Origin: Patescibacteria group bacterium
Lineage (GTDB): Bacteria; Patescibacteriota; Minisyncoccia; Phycocordibacterales; JACOZG01
Length of the DNA stretch: 58,020 nt
Assembly (NCBI GenBank): GCA_038064435.1
Contig: JBBTTC010000017.1
Span: 1-58,020 of the forward strand
Direction of reading: 5' to 3'
The notes under the pieces are model-generated. The model saw nothing but the letters and a program-made list of their open reading frames with translations. It was not told the DNA's origin and searched no databases. The position numbers and the translations under genes are program-made. Positions 8,913 through 17,627 of the stretch are shown here, piece after piece; the stretch's first letter is position 1, and every line of letters begins with the position of its first letter.

Positions 8913-10571
8913 ATGACTAAGCAAATTATTTTTGGCGACCGGGCCCGAGTGAGTTTGAAGCGCGGTATTGATAAGGTGGCTGATGCCGTGCGCATCACCA
9001 TTGGCCCCAAGGGCCGTAATGCCATTATTGATAAAGGTTACGGCGCGCCCACCATCACCAACGATGGTGTGACTATTGCTAAGGAGGTGAGTCTCAAGGA
9101 TAAGGTGGAAAATTTGGGCGCCGAGATGATCAAAGATGTGGCGTCCAAGACCAATGACACGGCTGGTGATGGTACTACCACGGCCGTAATTTTGGCTCAA
9201 GCGATTATTGAAGAGGGTTTTAAAAAGACGACCTTGGGTGTTAATGCCATGGGGGTGCGGCTCGGCATTGAGGCCGCGGCTAGCGAGGTGGTGGAGGCCC
9301 TGCGCAAAATGGCCAAGCCCATCCAAATCAAAGACAAAAATGAGGTTAAACAGGTGGCCACCATCTCGGCCGAGTCTGAGGAGTTTGGCGGCATCATTGC
9401 CGATGCCATTGAGAAAGTGGGTGAGGACGGCGTGGTGACGGTGGAGGAGTCGCAGTTATTCACCGTCGAGTCGGAATTGGTGGAAGGCATGGAGTTTGAT
9501 AAGGGCTACGTTTCGCCCTACATGATCACTGATGCCGAGCGCATGGAGGCCGTCTATGACGATCCGTTTATTTTGCTGACCGACAAAAAGATTTCCTCAA
9601 TTAAAGATATTTTGCCTTTGCTCGAGAAGTTGGCCCAAGCCGGCAAAAAGGAGCTGGTGATTATTGCCGAAGATATTGATGGTGAAGCTATGGCCACCTT
9701 GGTGGTTAACAAACTCCGCGGCACCTTCCACACTCTCGGGGTTAAGGCACCGGGTTTTGGTGACCGACGCAAAGAGATGCTGGAAGATATTGCCGTCTTG
9801 ACGGGCGGTAAGGTGATCACCGAGGAAGTGGGTTTGAAGCTCGAGAATGCCGACGTCAATTTGCTCGGCCGGGCGCGGCGCGTGATCTCCACTAAGGACG
9901 ACACCAAGATCATTGGTGGTAAGGGCAAGAAGGCCGACATCGAATCGCGCATCGGCCAGATCAAAAAGCAGATCGAACTTAGCGATTCGAGTTACGACAA
10001 AGATAAATTAAAGGAGCGATTGGGTAAGCTCTCGGGCGGGGTGGCGGTGATTAAGGTGGGGGCGGCCACCGAAGCGGAGATGAAATACAAAAAATTGAAG
10101 ATCGAAGACGCGGTTGAGGCGACGCGCGCGGCGGTGAAAGAGGGGATCGTGATCGGTGGCGGCGCGGCCTTGGTGAAGGCCGCGGCCCGCTTGGCTGGCA
10201 AAACGATCAAGGCGCCATCGCCGGATATTGCCGATGAGTTTGAGGTGGGTGTGAAAATTTTACTTAAAGCGGTGGAGGCGCCACTCCGGCAAATTGCTAT
10301 TAATGCTGGCAAAGACGACGGCGCGGTAATTGTGGATCGAGTTAAAAAAACAACTGGCAATGAGGGTTATGATGCCAATGCCGATGAGATTGTGAAAGAC
10401 ATGTTTGCCGCCGGCATCATTGATCCGGTTAAAGTTACGCGCACTGGCTTGGAACGAGCGGCCTCGGCCGCCTCAATTTTGCTCACCACCGAGGTGGCCA
10501 TTACCGATGAGCCTAAGGAAGAGAAGGATATGCCTCCAATGCCCGGCGGCATGGGCGACATGGACTACTAA
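8913..10571 (+). CDS. groEL: Chaperonin GroEL
   Basis: [24 protein letters not shown] motifs; GGM tail. Confidence 0.98.
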   Translation: MTKQIIFGDRARVSLKRGIDKVADAVRITIGPKGRNAIIDKGYGAPTITNDGVTIAKEVSLKDKVENLGAEMIKDVASKTNDTAGDGTTTAVILAQAIIEEGFKKTTLGVNAMGVRLGIEAAASEVVEALRKMAKPIQIKDKNEVKQVATISAESEEFGGIIADAIEKVGEDGVVTVEESQLFTVESELVEGMEFDKGYVSPYMITDAERMEAVYDDPFILLTDKKISSIKDILPLLEKLAQAGKKELVIIAEDIDGEAMATLVVNKLRGTFHTLGVKAPGFGDRRKEMLEDIAVLTGGKVITEEVGLKLENADVNLLGRARRVISTKDDTKIIGGKGKKADIESRIGQIKKQIELSDSSYDKDKLKERLGKLSGGVAVIKVGAATEAEMKYKKLKIEDAVEATRAAVKEGIVIGGGAALVKAAARLAGKTIKAPSPDIADEFEVGVKILLKAVEAPLRQIAINAGKDDGAVIVDRVKKTTGNEGYDANADEIVKDMFAAGIIDPVKVTRTGLERAASAASILLTTEVAITDEPKEEKDMPPMPGGMGDMDY

Positions 10572-10599
10572 CCCCGCCCGTTGTGGTATAATTAGCGCC

Positions 10600-11490
10600 G
10601 TGAAAAAATTTAAACAAGGCTTCTCGTTGTTGATAACGGTAGTTATTCTGGCTCTTCTAGCCGGCGGGGGTTATTGGGCGATTACCAAGAAATCGGGATC
10701 ATCACTCATATCGTCATCGGACGGGAACTGGCTGACCTATAGGAACGAAGAACATGGGTTTGAATTTAAATATCCGGTTGATTGGAAAACTAAGATCAGT
10801 CAGAAATATGGTGGCATGGAAACAGAGTTTACTGATAAAATGGGTAAAACGATTCTACTTTTACATCTACCAATTCCCGAGATCGGATACGAAGCGTGGG
10901 CACTTAAAAATGAACGAAGAATTTCCATACCGAATAGCCAGAAGTATTTAACCAGATTTGATTACCAACCAAGCGCAGATGCTGATCCAACCTTTACGGG
11001 TTTTGTTTTAGTCAATTGGAGTATGGATAATTGGAAAAATTCTGGTCAGTTGTCGGTACCGGAGGTCAGTAACGAAAACGATTATCGTCTTAAGTTGCTG
11101 GACGAGATTTTGGCCACCTTTCGTTTTACCGAGCAGACCTATGAAGCAAAGATTTTTCCGACCGGCCAACAGCTTGTTTTTACCGTGCGTTACCCTGATG
11201 GTTGGCGCCCTGAATATTTTTACTATATTGGATCAAGGTATCCAGAGCGAATGAGCGAAACAGAAACGCCGTCTGGGCTCGATTTGATCTTGGAGGGGGA
11301 AGCACAGAGTGGTCCGAATGTCATTCGACTTTTCGGTTCTAGGGTGAGCATGGACACTGGAACTTGTCCAGTCTCGGGGGCCACGCGATGTGTTGTTTTA
11401 CCGCAATTGGGCAGGGCCTTTACACTTAGTAAAGATGTTGAAGTCCAACAGATTTTTGATCAAGTGGTGGCCAGCATTGTTAGGAAGTGA
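10600..11490 (+). CDS. Membrane-anchored protein with pilin-like leader and PsbP-like repeats
   Basis: MKKFKQG|FSLL leader plus TM; W.TY.N...GFEFKYP.DW and FTVRYPDGW repeats. GTG start 7 nt after TGGTATAAT. Confidence 0.65.
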   Translation: MKKFKQGFSLLITVVILALLAGGGYWAITKKSGSSLISSSDGNWLTYRNEEHGFEFKYPVDWKTKISQKYGGMETEFTDKMGKTILLLHLPIPEIGYEAWALKNERRISIPNSQKYLTRFDYQPSADADPTFTGFVLVNWSMDNWKNSGQLSVPEVSNENDYRLKLLDEILATFRFTEQTYEAKIFPTGQQLVFTVRYPDGWRPEYFYYIGSRYPERMSETETPSGLDLILEGEAQSGPNVIRLFGSRVSMDTGTCPVSGATRCVVLPQLGRAFTLSKDVEVQQIFDQVVASIVRK

Positions 11491-11521
11491 GTGCAGAATA
11501 TTAGCAAATTAATTTTTCACC

Positions 11522-12076
11522 ATGACATACACTATTTTAATCGTCGTCGCCGTTATTATTTTGTGGTTTGTGGCCACCTACAACGGCTTTATCCGCCTCG
11601 TGACTCGAACCAAAGAAGCTTGGGCCGATATTGATGTTCAGCTCAAGCGCCGCTATGATTTGATCCCCAATTTGATTGAGTCAGTAAAAGGTTATGTTTC
11701 GCACGAAAAAGATACGCTCGAAAAAATTACTCAAGCCCGCAATATGGCCATGCAGGCTGGCACAGTCGCCGATCACGCCAGGGCCGAAAATATGCTATCG
11801 GGAGCGCTTAAGTCGCTCTTTGCCGTGTCAGAAAGTTATCCTGACCTGAAAGCCAACCAAAATTTTATTGAACTTCAGCGCGAATTGTCCGACACGGAAA
11901 ACAAAATCCAGGCGGCGCGGCGGTTTTATAATGCCAACGCTCGCGACCTGCAAATAAAAATTGATTCTTTCCCGTCAAATATTTTGGCCAACATGTTTAA
12001 GTTCATGCCCCAGGAATTTTTTGATCTTGACGAGGCGAGCGCGGCGGCGCGCGAGCCGGTGAAGGTTGGGTTCTAA
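11522..12076 (+). CDS. lemA: LemA family protein
   Basis: WADIDVQLKRRYDLIPNL, YPDLKANQNF, ENKIQAARRFYN motifs. Confidence 0.95.
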   Translation: MTYTILIVVAVIILWFVATYNGFIRLVTRTKEAWADIDVQLKRRYDLIPNLIESVKGYVSHEKDTLEKITQARNMAMQAGTVADHARAENMLSGALKSLFAVSESYPDLKANQNFIELQRELSDTENKIQAARRFYNANARDLQIKIDSFPSNILANMFKFMPQEFFDLDEASAAAREPVKVGF

Positions 12077-12967
12077 ATGGCAGCAAATCTTTACTCGCAT
12101 CAGGCCAGTAATGTCCAGAAGACTTGGCTCCTGATGGCCATTTTTCTCGTTTTAGTAATCGCCCTTGGTTGGGTGATTAGTTATGTTTTTGGCGAGCCGT
12201 TAATTCTCTGGGTAGCGGTGGCTTTTAGCATTGTGATGAATGTTTTTAGTTATTGGTACTCTGACAAGTTGGTGGTCAAGCTCACCGGCGCCGTGCCGGC
12301 GCCCGACGAGCAATACCCCGACTTGCACAATGTGGTGGAAAATTTGGTCATCACGGCCGGCCTGCCCAAGCCCAAAATTTATATCATCAACGATTCGGCG
12401 CCCAATGCTTTGGCCACTGGCCGCGATCCCAATCACGCTGCTGTGGCCGTGACCACCGGTCTGCTGGCCATCCTTAATCGCACCGAGTTGGAAGGGGTGA
12501 TCGCCCACGAGCTCTCGCATATTGGTAATCGCGATATTTTAATTTCCACCGTGGCGGTGGTGCTGGCGGGTTTTGTGAGCATCTTGGCCGATATTTTTTT
12601 GCGTTCGCGTTGGTACGGCGGCGGCCATGGTGACCGGCGCAACAATGCCGGCGCCGTGCTGGTGATTGCTGGTTTGGTTTTGGCCATCTTGGCCCCGATT
12701 TTTGCCACCTTAATTCAATTTGCCATCTCGCGCCGGCGCGAGTTCTTGGCCGATGCTTCCGGCGCCCTACTCACTCGCTATCCGGAGGGTCTGGCTAGCG
12801 CGCTTGAGAAGATCGCCGCCGTGGGCCAGCCCATGCGGCGCGCCAGCCAGGCCACGGCGCACCTCTTTATCGCCAATCCTTTTGCCGGTCGCGGCTTTAG
12901 CCTCACCCACCTTTTCATGACCCATCCCCCGGTCGAAGCCCGCGTCCGGGCTTTGCGTCAATCATAG
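12077..12967 (+). CDS. htpX: Zinc metalloprotease HtpX (M48)
   Basis: PNALATG, HELSH, SRRREFLAD, THPP motifs. Confidence 0.93.
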   Translation: MAANLYSHQASNVQKTWLLMAIFLVLVIALGWVISYVFGEPLILWVAVAFSIVMNVFSYWYSDKLVVKLTGAVPAPDEQYPDLHNVVENLVITAGLPKPKIYIINDSAPNALATGRDPNHAAVAVTTGLLAILNRTELEGVIAHELSHIGNRDILISTVAVVLAGFVSILADIFLRSRWYGGGHGDRRNNAGAVLVIAGLVLAILAPIFATLIQFAISRRREFLADASGALLTRYPEGLASALEKIAAVGQPMRRASQATAHLFIANPFAGRGFSLTHLFMTHPPVEARVRALRQS

Positions 12968-13008
12968 TTTCTTTACTTGCCAGCTCTTTCCAGTATCCTT
13001 AATTTTAT

Positions 13009-13098
<90 letters not shown>

Positions 13099-13149
13099 GA
13101 TTGGCAACTTTGAACCTAAGCAAAATAAGGGTTCTAGAGCCAAATTAAT

Positions 13150-14715
13150 ATGCACATAAAAACCATACAGCTCAAAGATTTCAAACGCTTCAATGATCTA
13201 ACAATTGACCTTGAGAATCACTCTAAAAAAATAATTGCTCTTGTGGGTCCAAACGGGTCAGGTAAGAGCAGTGTCTTTGATGGATTTGAACAGTTTTCAA
13301 CAAACGAAAGAGAAAAGAGGGCTAGAATGGGTTATCGGAAAAATGTTAGTTATCTTAAGAAATCCATTTTTCAGTTGATTGGTATATCGTCCGAAGAGAG
13401 TGATTATGACTCGAGTACTCATGTGCTCGTTGAATCAGACCAGTCAGCATATACACCAACCAGTTTCTATATTCGAAGTGCCCATCGATTTACTCCGCGC
13501 ATTGAGATTAAACAGATTAGAGCACTTTCAAAAATAGAAGAGGATGAAAAGAGGCCAAAGTATTTAATTGATATTGACTCCAGGCTAGAAGAAAACTACG
13601 AAAGACTTATCGGTGGATTTTTTTCCGAGGTTTACGATAAGGATATTACAGGTAAACAATGGTCGGAGAAAAATATACAAAATCTAAATAAATCACTAAG
13701 TGGAATACTAGATATTAGTATTGTTTCATTAGGAAACCCTACTCATGAAGAGGGTAGTCTTTATTTTACAAAAGGAACTTCGAGTAAGTTTCCTTATGAA
13801 AATCTTTCCGCAGGTGAAAAAGAGGTCGTAGACCTTATACTGGATCTTTACATAAAAAGGGATTTTTATTCTAATACCGTCATATGTATTGATGAGCCGG
13901 AATTGCATCTCAGCACTTCTATCCAAAGGAAATTACTAATTGAGATTGAAAAGATAATACCAGATACTTGTCAGCTCTGGGTTGCAACTCATAGTATTGG
14001 ATTTTTGAGGGCACTACAGGAAGACCTGAGAGATAAGACCGCTGTAATTGATTTTTTGGGAAATAATTTTGATGAAACGGTTGTACTAAAACCAATTGTA
14101 GGAACAAGAAAAGATTGGTTTCGTATATTTGAAACGGCCTTGGAAGATTTAACTGGGCTTCTTGCTCCGAAGAGAATTGTCTACTGTGAGGGACGACCAG
14201 ATCCTTCTGTTTCTGGGGCTGAGCAGGGGCTAGATGCAGATGTCTATAACGAGATTTTCTCGAATAAATATCCAGATACCCTTTTTGTTTCAAGTGGAGG
14301 TGGAAACGTTGTTAATAAAAGCGCTCTTCTTGCGTTAAAGATATTAAAGAAAGCCTTCAGTACCGTAGATCTATATTTACTCAAAGATAAGGATGGTTCA
14401 TCTGATCAAGAGCGAAATACTTTCATAAAGTCCGATCTGTCAAATAAAATGCTTATGAGACGTGAGATCGAAAATTATTTATTTGATAAGGAAATTTTGA
14501 AGAAGTTTTGTTCGTCAAACTCGAAAACATTCAATGAGTCTAGATATGATAGTAAAGTCACTGATATTAAGGATCAGAAACTTAAACTCGTACAACAAGA
14601 AATACTGGCTTCATGCCAGGGCTCAGGGAATATTCAACAGTTCAAGAAAGAACTGGCTAAGCATGTATCACCTGATACAGGTGTATTTCAGGAAGTCGAG
14701 ACATCCATATTTTAA
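13150..14715 (+). CDS. OLD-like ATP-dependent nuclease (ABC/AAA_21 ATPase plus TOPRIM-like domain)
   Basis: Walker A GPNGSGKS, signature LSAGEKE, Walker B CIDEPE, ATHS; C-terminal IVYCEG, KDKD (DxD), RREIENYL. Confidence 0.75.
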   Translation: MHIKTIQLKDFKRFNDLTIDLENHSKKIIALVGPNGSGKSSVFDGFEQFSTNEREKRARMGYRKNVSYLKKSIFQLIGISSEESDYDSSTHVLVESDQSAYTPTSFYIRSAHRFTPRIEIKQIRALSKIEEDEKRPKYLIDIDSRLEENYERLIGGFFSEVYDKDITGKQWSEKNIQNLNKSLSGILDISIVSLGNPTHEEGSLYFTKGTSSKFPYENLSAGEKEVVDLILDLYIKRDFYSNTVICIDEPELHLSTSIQRKLLIEIEKIIPDTCQLWVATHSIGFLRALQEDLRDKTAVIDFLGNNFDETVVLKPIVGTRKDWFRIFETALEDLTGLLAPKRIVYCEGRPDPSVSGAEQGLDADVYNEIFSNKYPDTLFVSSGGGNVVNKSALLALKILKKAFSTVDLYLLKDKDGSSDQERNTFIKSDLSNKMLMRREIENYLFDKEILKKFCSSNSKTFNESRYDSKVTDIKDQKLKLVQQEILASCQGSGNIQQFKKELAKHVSPDTGVFQEVETSIF

Positions 14716-14729
14716 AAATATAAATCTGC

Positions 14730-14784
14730 TAACTATAGTATGTAGAATCAAAGTTAGCGGGTGAGTATACTATAGTTATCAATA
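14730..14784 (+). promoter_or_regulatory. Putative controller-protein operator pair upstream of the HTH gene
   Basis: Inverted 11-mers TAACTATAGTA (14730-14740) and TACTATAGTTA (14768-14778); -10-like TATACT at 14766. Confidence 0.65.
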
Positions 14785-14999
14785 TGAAAGGAGAAGTTTT
14801 ACTTAAATTTGGAGAGAAGGTCAGAGAAGAGAGGTTGAAACAGAACCTTTCTCAGGAAGAACTTGCCTCACGAGCCGGGGTACATCGAACATATATTGGG
14901 ATGATCGAGAGAGCAGAAAAGAATATCACACTCGAAAATATTAAAAAAATCTCCAAAGCCCTCAATCTTCAAATTGAATATATGTTTAAAAATCTATGA
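14784..14999 (+). CDS. XRE-family HTH protein, probable R-M controller (C protein)
   Basis: 71 aa; LSQEELA...HRTYIGMIERAEKNITLENI; ATGA-coupled to the next gene. Confidence 0.85.
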   Translation: MKGEVLLKFGEKVREERLKQNLSQEELASRAGVHRTYIGMIERAEKNITLENIKKISKALNLQIEYMFKNL

Positions 15000-16072
15000 T
15001 TTACTTAAGCAATGTTTTTAGATTTATATTTGCATACGGACAAAAAGGCCATCAGATTGGCCGTAAGGTTGGCGATGCACTAGAGATAGTTATCTTTGCT
15101 CTGATCTCAAGAGACAAGGGACTGTCTAAATACCTTGTTGTAGAGAATGGTGTTGAAGGTGCGTCAGGTGCAAAGCATAAAGTAGAGTTTGCGTTCTATA
15201 AGCTAGATAAGGGAAAGCCAACGAAAAATCCAAAAGATTTGTTCGGGCTAATTGAGTGTAAAAAAGTAGGAGCAGAAGTTACTGTAAAGCAATCATTTAA
15301 AACTTGGCACAAAAGTAACAATAAGCCATTTTATACAACCAACGGTTACTCTTTTGGTTTGGCTACTAACTCGGGATCAGTTGATGTTGTGGTTAAGTCT
15401 ATTGATGAAAAAGGAAATAATTTTGCTGTTGATATCGGAAAAAAGACAAATAAATACTCAATGTCTGTGGGAGGTATACTTCTAATGGCTATAGACGTGA
15501 AAGGTGGGCTTTTTATTCTTAATTCAGTAAAGGACTTTTTCAAGGTAAAAGAAAACGTAAAGAGATGTTTAGTTATCACAACAAAAGAATTGAGTGATGG
15601 AAAGGTATCGAAGATTCTAGTTGAAGAATGTCTCACGGGGCCTCAAACTCCAGAAAAGGCAAAACAAGCATCTTTTGTGTCTCTTGATGTTAGAAAAAAG
15701 GTCATGGGAACTTTTGATCCTCAAAAAGGAAATGGAACTTTCGTTTCAACTCTAGTTATTGGAGAGATTTCTCACTGGGAAGAAAAAAGCCTTTCGATGA
15801 TCCGACTTTGTAATGATTATAATCTCTTTGTACCCGATGAAGTCATAATAGAAATATTTGAAAAATTTCAAAAACATTTCGGTCTTACTTTTCAAGATAT
15901 GATGACAAAAAATCACTATAAAACTAATGAGCAAGTGAGAAGTGTGCTGGAGGAGATTATCGGAACTCGCAAGGGAAAGGTTTTAATGGATTTGGCAACT
16001 AATAAATATGTGCATCCTGAACTAACGCTTAAAGCTGGTGAACCACACCTTACATTTATAGAAGTATTCTAG
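14996..16072 (+). CDS. Putative PD-(D/E)XK restriction endonuclease
   Basis: GDALE helix, GASGAKHKVEF strand and LIECKK (ExK); lies between a C-like gene and an MTase. Confidence 0.6.
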   Translation: MIYLSNVFRFIFAYGQKGHQIGRKVGDALEIVIFALISRDKGLSKYLVVENGVEGASGAKHKVEFAFYKLDKGKPTKNPKDLFGLIECKKVGAEVTVKQSFKTWHKSNNKPFYTTNGYSFGLATNSGSVDVVVKSIDEKGNNFAVDIGKKTNKYSMSVGGILLMAIDVKGGLFILNSVKDFFKVKENVKRCLVITTKELSDGKVSKILVEECLTGPQTPEKAKQASFVSLDVRKKVMGTFDPQKGNGTFVSTLVIGEISHWEEKSLSMIRLCNDYNLFVPDEVIIEIFEKFQKHFGLTFQDMMTKNHYKTNEQVRSVLEEIIGTRKGKVLMDLATNKYVHPELTLKAGEPHLTFIEVF

Positions 16073-17289
16073 TTTTTAACAAAGACAAGAATCGCATCTT
16101 TTTTACTCTCTTGCTCTTTGTGATAATCGGCTTTGTGTTGGTATGAATATTTACCTGTAGAGTAGTGCGTTGTTCTATAGTTGATTTCAGAAATTTCATA
16201 ACCGATTCTTTTCATAACATCGATCATTTTTTGATGCACTTTTTCTAATTTTCCTTGAATAGTGCAGTCTCCAATTACAATCGCACATCTGCCACCCTTA
16301 GGCTGTAAGTGATAAGTTTCTCTATACGCTTTTTCGAGACTATCATAGTAATTCTGTACATTTTCTTCTGTTTTTGCAGGCCAAGATTTAAGTTCTTGCT
16401 TTCTGAGTTCTTTTTTTGAATTACCATCCCATAGGTTTTTGAAAGAATCTGCCCACTCAAGCTCAAGATTAAATACTGGCAAATAGTCAAAACAATTTAG
16501 ATATGGTGGATGAGAAATAACTAACCAATAATTTCCTTTCGGCAATTTATGCGAATAGGTGGTCATACTATCGGTTAAAATAGCCACACCTTCTTTTCTG
16601 CTTGCGAAGGCAATATTAAACTCCATTTGGGATCTAATCATATCCTTTACTTTTTTAGCGTAGGCTTCGAATACATTACGCTGTCGCTTGCTCTTGTTTA
16701 TATGAGGACGGACTTCTCCATCGTAAGCTTTCGATACCCGTCTAATTATTGCTAAAAAAGCCAGAACAAAAAAATCTTTCTCCTTTGTTTCCTCTATTGC
16801 TAAAATAGTATCTCGAAGCTTTCCTAAATCAACGACGATATTTTCTTGAAACCACTTATCTAAAAAAACTTGATCGGGAAGATCACGCGACAATGATTTT
16901 TTATCTGGTGTAAAGAAATTATTGGATATTTTAATAAATATCTTTTCCAGCTTATTAATTTCGTATATTGAAGTTTTTACCTTGCACGAAAGTACTGCAA
17001 GGGGGTTTATGTCGATTCCAACTGATCTTATGCTCCTAAGCGAAGCTTCGACTAAAGAAGTTCCTGACCCAGCAAAATTATCGAGCAGGATCCCATTCTT
17101 TGGAGCAGGAAATTGCTCCAATAATTGAGCCGCTACTGTTGATGGAAATTTCCCATAATATCTGAAGTAGTCATGGGTTAGGTAAGATAGTTCGCCAATG
17201 GTTTGTGGTATGTCCCATAAATGCGTAGCTATTTCCTCGCTATCTATGGAGCCTATTGTCGGTAGTAGTTTAAGTAAATATTGTTGCAT
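16069..17289 (-). CDS. Amino (N4-C/N6-A) DNA methyltransferase, alpha-type motif order
   Basis: Motif I LDNFAGSGTSLVEA...GIDINP, then RRVS segment, then motif IV variant VISHPPY. Confidence 0.88.
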   Translation of the reverse strand: MQQYLLKLLPTIGSIDSEEIATHLWDIPQTIGELSYLTHDYFRYYGKFPSTVAAQLLEQFPAPKNGILLDNFAGSGTSLVEASLRSIRSVGIDINPLAVLSCKVKTSIYEINKLEKIFIKISNNFFTPDKKSLSRDLPDQVFLDKWFQENIVVDLGKLRDTILAIEETKEKDFFVLAFLAIIRRVSKAYDGEVRPHINKSKRQRNVFEAYAKKVKDMIRSQMEFNIAFASRKEGVAILTDSMTTYSHKLPKGNYWLVISHPPYLNCFDYLPVFNLELEWADSFKNLWDGNSKKELRKQELKSWPAKTEENVQNYYDSLEKAYRETYHLQPKGGRCAIVIGDCTIQGKLEKVHQKMIDVMKRIGYEISEINYRTTHYSTGKYSYQHKADYHKEQESKKDAILVFVKN

Positions 17290-17295
17290 AAAATT

Positions 17296-17314
17296 TATTG
17301 ATAACTATAGTATA
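17296..17314 (-). promoter_or_regulatory. Copy of the controller-promoter 19-mer upstream of the MTase
   Basis: TATACTATAGTTATCAATA on the minus strand is identical to 14766-14784 on the plus strand. Confidence 0.65.
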
Positions 17315-17358
17315 TATAAGTTCATGATCACAAAGCAAGTGGATAACTCTCGTTTTAC

Positions 17359-17565
17359 CTAAGATTCAATGGAATAATCCACCGCATTCCGCCCCTTATC
17401 CGACTTCGGCTTGGGCACCTCAAACCACTCTGGATGAACTTTGTAGATAGCCCTTAGTTTCTGTATACTTTTATCAAGATCCTCGAATTTGATCCGTGTT
17501 TTCGGTTCAAAGTTCCAGGCATCGTCCCCGCCTTCATTCGCCAGATGTCTATGTTCGAACGGGAA
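17359..17565 (-). pseudogene. Start-less open frame (68 codons), probable 3' remnant of an unidentified gene
   Basis: Protein-like frame FPFEHRHLANEGGDDAWNFEPKTRIKFEDLDK...IES* bounded upstream by TAA, with no start codon. Confidence 0.4.
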
Positions 17566-17627
17566 TTATAAGCTAGTTGACAATTACTTGACAATTGAAT
17601 ATAGATTAGTTTACAATGTAGTTGTTT

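Noticed and set aside
10405-10599. 5' extension of ORF 10405-11490; likewise 47287-48141, 50380-52941, 54390-55136 and 20619-21224
   Set aside because: The extensions overlap well-supported neighbouring genes; internal starts with promoter or coupling signals were chosen.
11489-11510. CIRCE-like half sites (GAGTGC...TTAGCA) near groEL/lemA
   Set aside because: The half sites are in the wrong order and spacing; no CIRCE is present upstream of groES either.
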